A stretch of DNA of 64,000 bases from Emticicia sp. C21 (GTDB lineage: Bacteria > Bacteroidota > Bacteroidia > Cytophagales > Spirosomataceae), in assembly GCF_003418935.1 (NCBI RefSeq), contig NZ_QVMT01000014.1, positions 27,143 to 91,142 on the forward strand. Direction: 5' to 3'. The notes under the pieces were generated by a model that was given only the letters and a program-made list of their open reading frames with translations, searched no databases and was not told the DNA's origin. The first letter of the stretch is position 1. Every line of letters starts with the position of its first letter. Positions 10,683 to 21,745 of this stretch are shown piece after piece. A program made the position numbers and the translations under genes.

Positions 10683-11225
10683 TTATTTTTTCTTCAAGTC
10701 TGCTAAAATCTTCTTTCCTCTGCTTAGAATAGCTGCCGAACCATCCTGATTTTTCATCAGTACATCTTCCACTATCAATCGTAACTCCTGTTTAAGTTCA
10801 GGTATTTTTCTTGAAATGTTGTAGCAGACAGTCATAGAAAAAACTCTGATGGCAATAGCTTCATTGCTATTAATAAAACCAAAGCAGATGTCGTAAATAT
10901 CGTCGATGTATTCATCGGGTATATCTACATACTGCCATACCCGTATAATATTTCTTTTGACAGAATCAGTAGCATGAGGTTCTTGTAATTTCTGAATAAA
11001 ATTCCTGAAATAAGGAATAATCAGAAGGGGATAATTATCGGCACATTCGCTTAAAACCCAACCTGCTTTTTGGGTATTGATGTATTGACCTCGTAGGAAA
11101 ACATTCATTAAAATGGCAAAGCGTTCTGTATCAGCACCGATATAGTTGGCAATTTTGGTTACCTGGGCCTTTGAGAACTCTCTGTTTATCTCGCTTTCAA
11201 TATCTAAATCCGGAAGATTGAGCAT
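10683..11225 (-). CDS. hypothetical protein
   Basis: 180-aa ORF with good coding appearance and no recognised motif. Confidence 0.45.
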   Translation of the reverse strand: MLNLPDLDIESEINREFSKAQVTKIANYIGADTERFAILMNVFLRGQYINTQKAGWVLSECADNYPLLIIPYFRNFIQKLQEPHATDSVKRNIIRVWQYVDIPDEYIDDIYDICFGFINSNEAIAIRVFSMTVCYNISRKIPELKQELRLIVEDVLMKNQDGSAAILSRGKKILADLKKK

Positions 11226-11334
11226 TTAGTGATTGTTTTAATCGTGAATTATGAATGGCGAATCAGCGAATAATGTGGTGCAGATTTGCTTTTCAAATAT
11301 TTGCTAATTCGCTATTCACCATTCGCAATTACTC

Positions 11335-11841
11335 TTAAATAGTTTCTTCTACCAGTCTATGTTTTTCAATCAGACTATCCAATAAAGCTTTACAACTTCT
11401 TTGTATAATATGATAAACTTCCTCAAAATCTAATTCTGAACCATAATATGGGTCAGGGACTTCTTTTACGCCTGTTACTTTCGGGTCGTAATCGCGGAGT
11501 AAGAAGAGTTTTTCGGTAGAGGGAGTTGTATTCTTTGTTTTGTAATACATTTCATACACGTCTTTAAAATTACTTTCGTCCATCACTACAATGTGGTCAA
11601 AAGCATCTAAATCAGTTGCATGAATCTCTCTGCCTTTATGAGTTAAGGCAATGCCATTATCTAAGGCATTTTTAATAGCCCGATGGTCGGGAAGTTGTCC
11701 CGCATGCCAACCTTTAGTTCCTGCCGAATCACAAGAGATTTTATCTTCTAAATTGTGTTTTTGAATCAGGTCATTGAAGACCCCTTCGGCAACCGGAGAA
11801 CGGCAAATGTTGCCCAGACAAACAAAAAGTACTTTTACCAT
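11335..11841 (-). CDS. low molecular weight protein-tyrosine-phosphatase
   Basis: The N-terminal CX5R P-loop (VLFVCLGNICRS) and a DPYY motif identify the LMW-PTP family. Confidence 0.85.
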   Translation of the reverse strand: MVKVLFVCLGNICRSPVAEGVFNDLIQKHNLEDKISCDSAGTKGWHAGQLPDHRAIKNALDNGIALTHKGREIHATDLDAFDHIVVMDESNFKDVYEMYYKTKNTTPSTEKLFLLRDYDPKVTGVKEVPDPYYGSELDFEEVYHIIQRSCKALLDSLIEKHRLVEETI

Positions 11842-11923
11842 AGCGTTTGTGTAAATTTAATTTTCGTAAATTTATAGGATTGTTGCACTCGTTGAATAGC
11901 ATAAAGGCTATTTTAATGCACAT

Positions 11924-13570
11924 TTAATAAACTTTCTCGCCGCCAACAAAGGTATTGCTCACCTTAATATTGCGGAGTTTTTCTTTGGGTTCCTTCATAA
12001 TATCGGCTTCTAATATTACAAAATCTGCCATTTTCCCATTTTCAATGCTGCCACGTTCTTTTTCTTCAAAATTGGCATAGGCACTCCAGATAGTCATGGC
12101 TTTTAAGGCCTGTTCGCGGCTCAGTGCATTTTCCATCTGAAACCCTCCGTCAGGATAATTTTTATCGTCTTGACGTACCACTGCAGAATGAAAACCAAAT
12201 AATGGGTTCACATGTTCGACAGGGAAGTCACTTCCGTTGGCAATTACCCCATTTTGTTTCAATAAATCCTGAAACGCATAGGCCGTTTTTACACGTTCAT
12301 TGCCCAGACGTTCTTCAGCCCAATACATATCAGAAGTAGCATGTGTGGCCTGAATTGATGGAATAACTGAATATCTGCCAAATTTAGGTACATCTTCTTT
12401 GGATACTACCTGACTATGCTCTATTCTCCATCGACGTGCATTTTTACCTTTCAATAATTTGCCATATAAATTCAGAATCAAACGGTTGGCTGAATCTCCG
12501 ATACAATGTGTATTGGCTTGAAAATCTGAATTGTAAATAGCTGCCAGGCTTCTTTCTAATTCAGCAGGACTCAATAATAGAAATCCGGTTTTGGTAGGTT
12601 CATCGCTATAAGGTTTAAGTAAACAGGCACCACGAGAACCTAATGCTCCATCGGCATAAAGTTTAAAAGAACGCACATTAAGGCGATCGGTTTTATAGAT
12701 GCCTTTTTTGATAAAATACTCAAGATTACGGATACCCAGAGACACCATCGCATAGTTACGTATTTTAAGTGTTCCCGCTTTATTCATTTTATCTATTAAC
12801 TCAATATCATCCTGATTCAAACCTGCATCAGAAACCGTAGTCAAGCCATATTTAAAGCATTCTTTCTGAGCGGCCAGAAGCATAGCTTGCTTTTCTTTCC
12901 CGGTTGAGCTAGGGATTACTCTTCTAACCAACCCCATGGCATTATCAACCAGAATACCTGTTAATTGTCCGTCTATTATTTCTACATCACCACCATTTAC
13001 TTTACTGGCAGGCGAGATTTTGGCTAGTTGGATAGCCTTTGAATTAATAATGGCAGCATGACCGTCAATACGGGTCAGAAGTACAGGTTTATTCGGGAAG
13101 GCCTTATCTAATAATTCTTTAGTCGGAAAAACTTTTACAGGCCAGTCGTTCTGATCCCATCCACGGCCGATAATCCATTGGTGGTCTGGATGTTCTGCTG
13201 CAAACTTTTTTAAACGCTCAATAATTTCTTCATAAGATTTAGTATCTACTAAATCGCATTGGTTGAGCATTTGCCCTAAACCCAGAAAATGACTATGCGG
13301 GTCATAAAACCCCGGATATACAGGTTTTCTATTAGCATCTATTTTTTGTTTGGCATTATATTTAGCTAATATATCTTTTGAGCTACCCACGCCAATAAAC
13401 TTACCGTCTTTTATAGCAAAGGCTTCTGTAGTACTGAACTGATTATTAACCGTATAAACAACAGCATTGTGCACAACCAGATCGGCCTGTTGTATCTGCG
13501 CCAATAGCGGAGACGAAAGACTTAAACCGATGCAAGCGCCTAGTAAAAATGTTTTTGAAGTGAAAATCAT
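11924..13570 (-). CDS. secreted amidohydrolase family protein (amidohydrolase_3-like)
   Basis: 548 aa with a signal peptide and the metal-binding HxH motif (YDPHSHF). Confidence 0.75.
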   Translation of the reverse strand: MIFTSKTFLLGACIGLSLSSPLLAQIQQADLVVHNAVVYTVNNQFSTTEAFAIKDGKFIGVGSSKDILAKYNAKQKIDANRKPVYPGFYDPHSHFLGLGQMLNQCDLVDTKSYEEIIERLKKFAAEHPDHQWIIGRGWDQNDWPVKVFPTKELLDKAFPNKPVLLTRIDGHAAIINSKAIQLAKISPASKVNGGDVEIIDGQLTGILVDNAMGLVRRVIPSSTGKEKQAMLLAAQKECFKYGLTTVSDAGLNQDDIELIDKMNKAGTLKIRNYAMVSLGIRNLEYFIKKGIYKTDRLNVRSFKLYADGALGSRGACLLKPYSDEPTKTGFLLLSPAELERSLAAIYNSDFQANTHCIGDSANRLILNLYGKLLKGKNARRWRIEHSQVVSKEDVPKFGRYSVIPSIQATHATSDMYWAEERLGNERVKTAYAFQDLLKQNGVIANGSDFPVEHVNPLFGFHSAVVRQDDKNYPDGGFQMENALSREQALKAMTIWSAYANFEEKERGSIENGKMADFVILEADIMKEPKEKLRNIKVSNTFVGGEKVY

Positions 13571-13632
13571 ACTTGAGTTTTAGTTTGTGATGCAAAGTAT
13601 AAAAATGCCTGTTGATTTATCAAACAATCAGT

Positions 13633-15054
13633 CTAATTTGTTGTCTTTGACAGGCTTATAATACCCTCTTCGTTTCTTATCACTTCTAACCCCAGTAATT
13701 GCAGATAACGATTCAGTAAATCGAAGAGAGATTCATTTCCTTTAATGCACACATCAAAATACCAGTCTAGTTTTTCGTTGGCTATTTCCTCACATATCAG
13801 CTGATAATCTTCCATTGTATAACCTTTAAAAGGTTTTCCGAATTGCTCCCACATCAGTTTCATTACATCATCTAAAGAGAGTGTATGGCTTGATACTTTT
13901 CTGATATGTAAATCCAGAATCTGTGCAGCAATTGCTCCTTTGTGATAAACAGATACTTTGCGGTCTGGTATACTCGGATTATAGCCATCCAGCCATAAAT
14001 CCCATGATGATTCAACAAGTGATTGAGACGCCTTATCGGCATGGTCAAAATGGCGTTTGAAACATGCTTCCAGTTCTTTTAGGTACTGAGTTTCATCAAA
14101 AACCTTTGAGCGGCTCAGCATCAAATCGCCATAATAGGTAGTTACTCCCTCAGCTACAAAGCAGGTCTGGAAATAATTTTCCTTAGTGAAATCGTAAGGT
14201 AAAAGCTCGATTGGACGGATCTTGCAGATATTCCAGGTATGGAAGAGTTCGTGAGATGCCAACCCTAATAAATCAATATATAATTCTTCAAAATTCTGAC
14301 TATCTGGACCTAAGACCTGCATCGTTGAACTTCTATGCTCTACCCCATGATAATAAGGGACAGGAAGTATCCATGTCAGAAAATGGTATTCTTTTTCAGG
14401 AAATTCTCCAAAAACATTGATTTGCTCTTGTGTGAATTTCTTGAAATCTGCTTTAATGCGCTTAAAATCGGGCTGAAAATTACCCTCAAACCAGAGATGG
14501 AACTTTACTTTACCAACCTTATAAAAATCGTGCTTAAGCGTAGGGCTTACAATAAATGGGCTATCTGCCAGATGATAAAAATCATCAAAATGAAGTAGAT
14601 GAGTGCCTTTTTCCTGAGAAGAACTGATATTGTTAATTCCGGCAATTTTCTCTTTTTCTCTTAAATGTAATTCAACAGTGCATGATTCATTAATTTTTCC
14701 TTCGGCATAGATACATAAGTTGACAGGGTTTACATAAAAAGTATGCTCATCTATATAGCTGCTTCCAGCATTGATGATTTGGGCAAAGTAATTATAACGA
14801 GCAACGATGCTCTTTGCCCCATGAGTCAATACTTCCCATCTGTCCTTGGCGATTTTTCGGGCTGATAATTTTTCTCCACTTTCATCAAAGACCTCGAAAG
14901 TCTGTATGTTTTTGGCAAAGTTCTGTAGCTCGTAGCGCCCCGGGCGCCAGGCCGGCAATTGTAATTCAACTTTATCACCGGTGAGATTATCGATAAAACA
15001 CTCTACATCAATAAAATGTGAGGTTCGTTCTTTAGAATAAATTTTATAATGCAT
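13633..15054 (-). CDS. M61-like zinc metallopeptidase (HExxH)
   Basis: 473 aa. The HELFHTWN zinc-binding motif is followed by a glutamate about 19 residues downstream, resembling the M61 / glycyl aminopeptidase family. No PDZ domain. Confidence 0.5.
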   Translation of the reverse strand: MHYKIYSKERTSHFIDVECFIDNLTGDKVELQLPAWRPGRYELQNFAKNIQTFEVFDESGEKLSARKIAKDRWEVLTHGAKSIVARYNYFAQIINAGSSYIDEHTFYVNPVNLCIYAEGKINESCTVELHLREKEKIAGINNISSSQEKGTHLLHFDDFYHLADSPFIVSPTLKHDFYKVGKVKFHLWFEGNFQPDFKRIKADFKKFTQEQINVFGEFPEKEYHFLTWILPVPYYHGVEHRSSTMQVLGPDSQNFEELYIDLLGLASHELFHTWNICKIRPIELLPYDFTKENYFQTCFVAEGVTTYYGDLMLSRSKVFDETQYLKELEACFKRHFDHADKASQSLVESSWDLWLDGYNPSIPDRKVSVYHKGAIAAQILDLHIRKVSSHTLSLDDVMKLMWEQFGKPFKGYTMEDYQLICEEIANEKLDWYFDVCIKGNESLFDLLNRYLQLLGLEVIRNEEGIISLSKTTN

Positions 15055-15167
15055 GAAACAATTTTTTGCCGCTGTGTTGGCTTTCTAAAAATTAATACGT
15101 ATTTTTGCAGTCCGTTATGAAAGGCACGGGTTATTTTGCATTAAAAGAACAAAAATAAATTAATATA

Positions 15168-15323
15168 ATGAAACGTACATTCCAACCATCAAACAGAAAG
15201 CGTCGTAACAAACACGGATTCCGTGAGCGTATGGAAACTGCAAATGGCAGACGCGTATTGGCTGCACGTCGTGCACGTGGCAGATGGAAATTGACTGTTT
15301 CTGACGAGAAAAAACACAAATAA
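15168..15323 (+). CDS. rpmH: 50S ribosomal protein L34
   Basis: 51-aa [25 protein letters not shown]...GRW that was not in the ORF track because it is under 60 aa. It sits immediately upstream of rnpA in the conserved linkage. Confidence 0.9.
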   Translation: MKRTFQPSNRKRRNKHGFRERMETANGRRVLAARRARGRWKLTVSDEKKHK

Positions 15324-15443
15324 TCTCGTTTTTAGCAGTTTGATAGTTCAAAATTTACGATTTGTAAATGCGACATAATCAAGATATTGTAGCCACCATC
15401 TGGTGGCTTTTTTATTAGCTTTGTATGTGACTCAACTGAATGA

Positions 15444-15794
15444 TTGGTGAAAAAAACTTTCAAAAAAAACGAAAGACTGTGTAGTATAAAGGTAATAGAC
15501 AGCCTTTTTGACAGAAAAAATTCTGCCAACGAAGGTGCTTTTGCTTATCCAATCAGAGTTGTTGGTAAGCCATCAGATGAAGGAATTACACAAGTACTTT
15601 TTTCAGTACCTAAACGTCAGTTCAAACACGCCGTTGACCGAAACCAGATTCGCCGACGAATGAAAGAAGCTTATAGGCTAAATAAAGAACTACTCACAAA
15701 ACCCTACTATATTTCTTTTATTTATGTAGGCAAAGTGATAGAAAACTATGCTCAAATTGAAAAAGGGATGAAAAACTGCCTTAAAAAATTATAA
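15444..15794 (+). CDS. rnpA: ribonuclease P protein component
   Basis: 116-aa basic protein directly downstream of rpmH. The KNERL...FAYPIRVV segment is typical of Bacteroidetes RnpA. Confidence 0.8.
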   Translation: MVKKTFKKNERLCSIKVIDSLFDRKNSANEGAFAYPIRVVGKPSDEGITQVLFSVPKRQFKHAVDRNQIRRRMKEAYRLNKELLTKPYYISFIYVGKVIENYAQIEKGMKNCLKKL

Positions 15795-15802
15795 GGAGAG
15801 CA

Positions 15803-16225
15803 TTATTTTCTTGCGTTATCAACACTCCATTTACCCGGTCCTGTGAAGAAATAGACCAAAGCCAGCAGTACAAATAAGAAGGGATGCTGGGCTTCATACC
15901 AGAATTTGCCACCCCCTATTTTGAAGGTGATGAAAAGCATAGTTCCGGCAATAAGTATAGCTGCAGTCCTTGTCATGAAACCAACAGCTAATAAAACTCC
16001 ACCAACTAATTCTGCTCCTTTACCTAAGTAGGCCCAGAATGCCGGAAAAGGCATATCTTTGATTGAATCCCAGGAGGCGTATTCCTGCATCTGAGAACTT
16101 TGAAAAATTTCAAGTCCATGATAGACCATCAATAAACCTGTGATGATACGGATAATGGCTAGTCCGGTAGCATTGGCTTCTTTCATTCTGGAGAGGGTTT
16201 TGAGGTTAAAAAAATCCTCGCCCAA
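15803..16225 (-). CDS. DoxX family membrane protein
   Basis: 140 aa with four TM helices; GLLMVYHGLEIF is the DoxX signature region. Confidence 0.75.
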   Translation of the reverse strand: MGEDFFNLKTLSRMKEANATGLAIIRIITGLLMVYHGLEIFQSSQMQEYASWDSIKDMPFPAFWAYLGKGAELVGGVLLAVGFMTRTAAILIAGTMLFITFKIGGGKFWYEAQHPFLFVLLALVYFFTGPGKWSVDNARK

Positions 16226-16334
16226 GCTTCTCCTTTAGGAGAGGGCTAAAGTGTTCACCTTTAGGTAAAAGACTGGGATGGAGTCAAATATAAAGAATAT
16301 TTATATTATTCCGTCAAATGGTAGCTTAATGATA

Positions 16335-17024
16335 TTAACTTTTAAGCTTCTCCCGAATCTCCACTAATTTATCTTCATAAGATGCTCCAACAGAAATTTC
16401 ATTACCTGCTATCCAGACTGCCTGACGGGTAATTTTCTGAATTTTATTGATGGCTACAATATACGAACGATGGATGCGGACAAATTGACTTGGGGGAAGA
16501 GAGTTGAGCGTTTCACTGATATTCTGACGGCTCAGTAGTTTTTTATTTTTTAATATAAAGGACATATAATTGCCTTCGGCTTCTATGTATAGAATATCAT
16601 CAAAGAAGACTTTTTCTTCTTCATAACCTGTTTTCAGAAATACAAACTCAGGGGTACTTTCTTTTGTTAATTGGCTTATTTCTAAGGCTTTATTACAGGC
16701 TTTGGTAAAGCGTGCCAAAGAAAAAGGTTTCAGGAGATAATCAATGGCATCTAAATCGAAACCTTTTACTGCATATTCAGAATAAGCAGTGGTGAATACC
16801 ACCATCGGCACTTTCTGTAGGATGTGAATAAACTCAATGCCTGAAATGTCAGGCATTTTTATGTCGAGAAATAATAAATCAATCTTATTTTGTTGCAAAT
16901 AGGGAATGGCCTCAAAAGCATCAGTAAAAGTGGCTTTCAGATCAAGAAAAGGTACTCTTGAAGCGTGCATTTCTACTACTTCCAGGGCACGAGGCTCATC
17001 ATCTATGGCAATGGCGGTTAGCAT
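16335..17024 (-). CDS. LytTR-family two-component response regulator
   Basis: Receiver domain (IDDEP...FLDIKMPDISG) plus a C-terminal LytTR DNA-binding domain. Confidence 0.85.
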   Translation of the reverse strand: MLTAIAIDDEPRALEVVEMHASRVPFLDLKATFTDAFEAIPYLQQNKIDLLFLDIKMPDISGIEFIHILQKVPMVVFTTAYSEYAVKGFDLDAIDYLLKPFSLARFTKACNKALEISQLTKESTPEFVFLKTGYEEEKVFFDDILYIEAEGNYMSFILKNKKLLSRQNISETLNSLPPSQFVRIHRSYIVAINKIQKITRQAVWIAGNEISVGASYEDKLVEIREKLKS

Positions 17025-17079
17025 TAGCAGGTTTTTAGAAACAAAAATAGTGTTTTTATTAAATTGATTTATATCAGTT

Positions 17080-18624
17080 TCAGGGTTTATTGGTTAAAAT
17101 ACGGTTCAACATTTCTTTACCACCTTTATTATCAGGATTCATCGCTATCGATTTCTGATACATAATAATAGCCTCTTCCCGCTTACCATTGGCATTCAGT
17201 GCTTCGGCATAACTATCGTAAACATTAAAGCTATTCGGAAATAGAAGCGTGTTTATCTTGAAAGTCTCTAAAGAATAGTGCTTTTTATTGGCTTTAAACA
17301 GTAAATCATATCCCAACCAGTTCATTTCTTTTTCTGATACATAATAGTGTGTAATATCAGTTTTCAGTTCATTAAATATAGTTACGGCCCGGTCAATGCC
17401 ATGGTGCATCAAAGTAGAACCATATTTGCGAGCCAATGATTTTTTATAGAATATCCTCTGAGGTGTTTTGCCATTCAGAATCTCTAAAGAAGCCTTTATT
17501 TTACCATAAAACGCAAGGTTTTCTAACTCTACATTCTGATAGATAATTACGGTTTGATTCTTACTTAGATTTCGATAAAAATTAGTTGCCAGACCAAAGA
17601 GATGACCACCATGGCTCACGGCTTTTCCTAACTCTGCATCTTCATAAATCTCCCAACCTAAACCATAAGAACTTTTACCTAAAAGAGACATTTCATCTCC
17701 TAATGGGTCGTAATAGATAGTGCCATTATTCAATCGGGTAGGGGTAAAGGCTTCATCCAGACTACTTTCCGAAAGTAGTTTTCCACTATACAATGCCTGG
17801 TCATAATTCAGCATATCTGCAGTGGTTGTCATAATATTGCTATCACCATATGTGCCTCCACAGTTATAAGTACAATATTTAATGGCTCCGAATCTGATAG
17901 AATCTACGCTTTTATAAGTATCATCATACCAGGTAATCATTCTATGATTTACCACCTGATTTGTAGGAGTTTCGATAGCGCCTATTCGCAGATACGTATC
18001 AGTCATATTAGCAGGCTCTAAGATATTTTTCTTCAAATAATTGGCAAATGGCATTTTACTTACTTTTTCAACTAATAGCGCCAATAGTGCATAATTGGTA
18101 TTGCAATATTTCCATTTATCTCCCGGTTCGAAATAGAGTTTTTGATTCCAGTTTTTTAGAATAGGAATAATCGCCTGATTTCTGATAATACTATCTGCTT
18201 TGGCATTGACTACCGATTCATATAATTCTAAATCAGGTAAGCCGGAAGTATGCGAAAGCAGGTGTTTAATAGTAATGGTAGGAAATGGAAACTCAGGGAA
18301 GTATTTGGCAAAAGTATCCTCCAATTTAATTTTCTTCTTTTCTTTTAATTGCAGAATTGCAACCGAAGTAAAAGTTTTAGAAATAGAAGCCAGATTGAAA
18401 CGGGAGTCAATCGTATTAGTTTTTTTGTTAGCAAAATCGGCATAACCAAAGCCTTTTTGGAACATAATTTTACCTTTTTCGGCTACTAATATGCCGCCAT
18501 TGAAATCACCGTTTTTAGCTATTTGTGTAAATAGCGAGTCTAGTTTTTGAGTAGCTGTGCTTTGTGCCTGCGAATTGACTAAGGCACTAAAATAAATAAT
18601 AGTAATAATAATAAGCTTTTTCAT
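17080..18624 (-). CDS. serine hydrolase, beta-lactamase/PBP-like, with C-terminal TPR region
   Basis: Signal peptide; the SxxK active-site motif (ASISKTF); 514 aa; a TPR-like tail (YAEALNANGKREEAIIMYQKSIAMNP). Confidence 0.8.
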   Translation of the reverse strand: MKKLIIITIIYFSALVNSQAQSTATQKLDSLFTQIAKNGDFNGGILVAEKGKIMFQKGFGYADFANKKTNTIDSRFNLASISKTFTSVAILQLKEKKKIKLEDTFAKYFPEFPFPTITIKHLLSHTSGLPDLELYESVVNAKADSIIRNQAIIPILKNWNQKLYFEPGDKWKYCNTNYALLALLVEKVSKMPFANYLKKNILEPANMTDTYLRIGAIETPTNQVVNHRMITWYDDTYKSVDSIRFGAIKYCTYNCGGTYGDSNIMTTTADMLNYDQALYSGKLLSESSLDEAFTPTRLNNGTIYYDPLGDEMSLLGKSSYGLGWEIYEDAELGKAVSHGGHLFGLATNFYRNLSKNQTVIIYQNVELENLAFYGKIKASLEILNGKTPQRIFYKKSLARKYGSTLMHHGIDRAVTIFNELKTDITHYYVSEKEMNWLGYDLLFKANKKHYSLETFKINTLLFPNSFNVYDSYAEALNANGKREEAIIMYQKSIAMNPDNKGGKEMLNRILTNKP

Positions 18625-18645
18625 AATTGTATATTGTAAAGAGTA

Positions 18646-20274
18646 TCACCAATAAGTAATTGTAAGAGAAACAAAGAAATCCTGTTCGCTTTTCTGAATA
18701 TCCAGCACATAACGGTTTTTGTAAATCAGGTCTAAGCGTTTCCGTACATTTTCCAGCCCTATGCCATTATTGTCTTTTTCAGGATCCAGTTCAGATTTAG
18801 CATGCAACGAATTGTGGACTTTAAAGTATAGCCTGGTATCATCAAATGTGAGTGTAATATAAATCCATGATGGATTACGGAAACTGATGCCGTGCTTAAA
18901 AGCATTTTCGATGAAGGGATTCAGCAGCATGGGAGCAATAAAAATATCTCTGTCTGATGTTTGAATATTTACCTTGATTTCGATATTGTCAGACTCAGCA
19001 ATGCGCATGCGTTGTATCTCAATATAGTTTTGCAGATATTCTATTTCCTTATTGAGCGGAATTCTGTCCTGATTATTTTCATTGAGCATAAAGCGCATCA
19101 TATCACCTAATTTCTGTATACCATCTGCCGTTTTATCAGCATTCTCTTTGAGAGAAACCGAATAAAGGGTATTCAAGGCATTGAATAGAAAATGTGGGTT
19201 TATCTGCGACCTGAGTGAAGAAAGTTCAGCTGTTTTTTGCGTAAAGAGCGTACGTAATTGCAGTTTTTCTTTGAAGAAAACATTTTTCAAGAAAGCGATT
19301 ATGGCTGACGCAAAAACAATAATAAAAAATACAATGAAAAATTCTTCGAAATGAAAACCTATTCTCACAAAGCCATTGGCAGTCCAGTAAACTAATCGAA
19401 CGGCGTAAAAAATGAGACTACCCACGCCACAAATAGCCAGAAATATGGTAATACCTACCGAAAACTCTTTTGAGCGCGGATTAGCTATAAAAGGCATTAT
19501 CCGATTAGTAAAAATCTCCTGAGCTAAATAAGTAGTGCCAAACACAATAGCTATAAATACGATATCGCGAAGCTCTCCATTCCAGTAACTGACAGGCAAT
19601 TGCGCAAACAATGCGAATAGCAAAATAAATAAAGCAGCAAAAGTCACCAGCAAATAGTCGAGATATTGGTAATTCTTCTCGGGTTCTTCATGCAGTTTAG
19701 TTTTGATAAAATAATAAAACTGCATAGCCAATTCATACAAGCCTATAATAGCCAGTAAAGCAATGGTATTAGTTAGTAAACTTGCTTTACGAAATAAGGA
19801 ATAAACTTTAAAATCAATAATTTGACCCGCATTATCTAACCTGAAACGCCAGTAGAGTTTAAAGAAATCATAAATAAAGATACTTGCCAGACTAAAAACG
19901 GCCGTCAGAAACAAGTAGGTAAAAAACAAACTTTGCTCTTGTCCTTTCGATTTCCAGCGAGGAAACGCCAGATAGTGAAAGGTGGCCCAGGCTAAAAAGA
20001 AAAATATGCCACCGGCAATGGTTGGAAAAATAGTATTAAGAACATGATTATAAGAAACCAGACTTTCCCAGACATCATGGACTGTTCTTGGAAGCAAATC
20101 GGCAGAGGCGTTTTGGGTGGAACGCTCGGCCAGTTCGACATCTCTATCGAACTGGGCGGCCAATTGAAACAAACGACGAGTGATATAAATGGTAAATGCC
20201 AGAAGCATAAACCAAAACTCGAAGCGTCTGAATTGTTTAAATGATTGCATAGCTTTTTCGTAATTTTTCAACAA
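18646..20274 (-). CDS. sensor histidine kinase, LytS/YehU-type (His_kinase domain)
   Basis: Multi-TM N-terminus, then the INPHFLFNALNTL motif of the LytS-type HK domain, then a HATPase-like C-terminus. Sits in an apparent operon with the beta-lactamase-like gene and the LytTR regulator. Confidence 0.85.
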   Translation of the reverse strand: MLKNYEKAMQSFKQFRRFEFWFMLLAFTIYITRRLFQLAAQFDRDVELAERSTQNASADLLPRTVHDVWESLVSYNHVLNTIFPTIAGGIFFFLAWATFHYLAFPRWKSKGQEQSLFFTYLFLTAVFSLASIFIYDFFKLYWRFRLDNAGQIIDFKVYSLFRKASLLTNTIALLAIIGLYELAMQFYYFIKTKLHEEPEKNYQYLDYLLVTFAALFILLFALFAQLPVSYWNGELRDIVFIAIVFGTTYLAQEIFTNRIMPFIANPRSKEFSVGITIFLAICGVGSLIFYAVRLVYWTANGFVRIGFHFEEFFIVFFIIVFASAIIAFLKNVFFKEKLQLRTLFTQKTAELSSLRSQINPHFLFNALNTLYSVSLKENADKTADGIQKLGDMMRFMLNENNQDRIPLNKEIEYLQNYIEIQRMRIAESDNIEIKVNIQTSDRDIFIAPMLLNPFIENAFKHGISFRNPSWIYITLTFDDTRLYFKVHNSLHAKSELDPEKDNNGIGLENVRKRLDLIYKNRYVLDIQKSEQDFFVSLTITYW

Positions 20275-20340
20275 AGCTATGGTTCAATTAACTGTATGAG
20301 TTGATAATGTTATGAAAACCCTTAAAAATGTGATGAATTT

Positions 20341-20751
20341 TTAGAAGCCAATCTTTTGGCGTTCTTCCTGGGGTTCTGATTGTTGAGTTCCCAAACGTAG
20401 CAAATCACCCAATAAACGTTGTTGCTCAAATTTTTCACGCCAGTAATGAGCAGCCAACTGCCATTTTTCTACATCTGCTTTTAGTTTTTCGTTTTCCAGT
20501 TGTAATTTTTCCAAAGCAAAATCTACTGGTTGCAGCTCTACACCCAACCATTCTAATAGATTTGATTTTAGTAAATTGGCTATTTCTGTGGCTCTGGCAA
20601 TGGTTAATTCGGTTTTATTACGTTCAATATCGCCATAAGCAGTGGTTGAAACCCCTAACATATCGGCCATATTTTCCTGCGAAAAACCTTTCTGCAGGCG
20701 TGCCTGACGAATTTTTTCTCCAATATTTATCGCTTTAATTTCCATAAGCAA
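20341..20751 (-). CDS. XRE-family helix-turn-helix transcriptional regulator
   Basis: HTH_XRE motif (IRQARLQKGFSQENMADMLGVSTTAYGDIERNK) plus a C-terminal coiled coil. Confidence 0.7.
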   Translation of the reverse strand: MLMEIKAINIGEKIRQARLQKGFSQENMADMLGVSTTAYGDIERNKTELTIARATEIANLLKSNLLEWLGVELQPVDFALEKLQLENEKLKADVEKWQLAAHYWREKFEQQRLLGDLLRLGTQQSEPQEERQKIGF

Positions 20752-21064
20752 TAGTCAAAAATTAATAGGTGTTTCTTGAAAAAGTATAAAAAGCCATTTA
20801 TGCATTACTAACGTTTTTTAGCCTATAATGTGTTCAATTGTAAGTATTTATCTCGTCATAAATATATTACACTCTAAGTTCTTAATAAACTCCTCAGACT
20901 GCAAAATCAGTTTATCCGATAAAATATCTGAAATTCTGACTACAATTTACTGAAAGAAATGACATCTTTGTACCGAACAAAACGGAAATATAGAAAGTTC
21001 TACTATCGAACTTCACACAGATTTTTCGTGTTGAATAATAAATAGACACATATTAAATAGAAGA

Positions 21065-21745
21065 TTGAAAATGCATTTTGGAGAAGAATTTCGTAAGTAT
21101 GCTGTAAATCATCTCGGTATGAGTGGTTTGGCACTTGATGATTACATGAAACACAATGTTACTAACATGACGCCTAACATCATTGAGGAACGCCCGATGC
21201 GTTTCGCTGCCATTGATGTATTCTCGCGTCTGATTATGGACAGAATTATTTTCCTGGGTACAGCTGTAGATGATTATGTAGCCAATGTGGTAGTAGCACA
21301 GTTGTTATTTCTGGAATCGGTTGATGCGAAAAAAGACGTGTTAATGTATATTAATAGCCCTGGTGGCTCGGTATATGCCGGTTTGGGTATGTATGATACT
21401 ATGCAGTATGTACGTCCTGACGTAGCTACTATCTGTACATCTTTAGCCGCTTCTATGGGAGCAATATTGTTGGCAGGTGGCGCAGCAGGTAAACGTTCGG
21501 CATTACCTCATGCACGTGTCATGATTCACCAACCAAGTGGTGGTGCACAAGGACAATCGCGTGACATGGAAATTACGGTTAAAGAAATCATCAAACTTCG
21601 TAAGGAGTTATATGAAATCCTGGCAAGTCATACCGGAAAATCTGTAGAACAAGTGGAAGCAGATTCAGACCGTGACTACTGGATGAAAGCTGAAGAAGCA
21701 AAAGCGTATGGCTTGATTGACGAGGTTTTAACACGCGATAAATAA
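21065..21745 (+). CDS. clpP: ATP-dependent Clp protease proteolytic subunit
   Basis: 226 aa. The region ([18 protein letters not shown]...ASMGA) contains the catalytic Ser of ClpP. Confidence 0.9.
   Translation: MKMHFGEEFRKYAVNHLGMSGLALDDYMKHNVTNMTPNIIEERPMRFAAIDVFSRLIMDRIIFLGTAVDDYVANVVVAQLLFLESVDAKKDVLMYINSPGGSVYAGLGMYDTMQYVRPDVATICTSLAASMGAILLAGGAAGKRSALPHARVMIHQPSGGAQGQSRDMEITVKEIIKLRKELYEILASHTGKSVEQVEADSDRDYWMKAEEAKAYGLIDEVLTRDK

Noticed and set aside
11246-11330. Imperfect ~19-bp-arm inverted repeat between the PTP gene and the 180-aa gene
   Set aside because: It is most simply an intergenic terminator or attenuator hairpin and is not distinctive enough to report as a finding.
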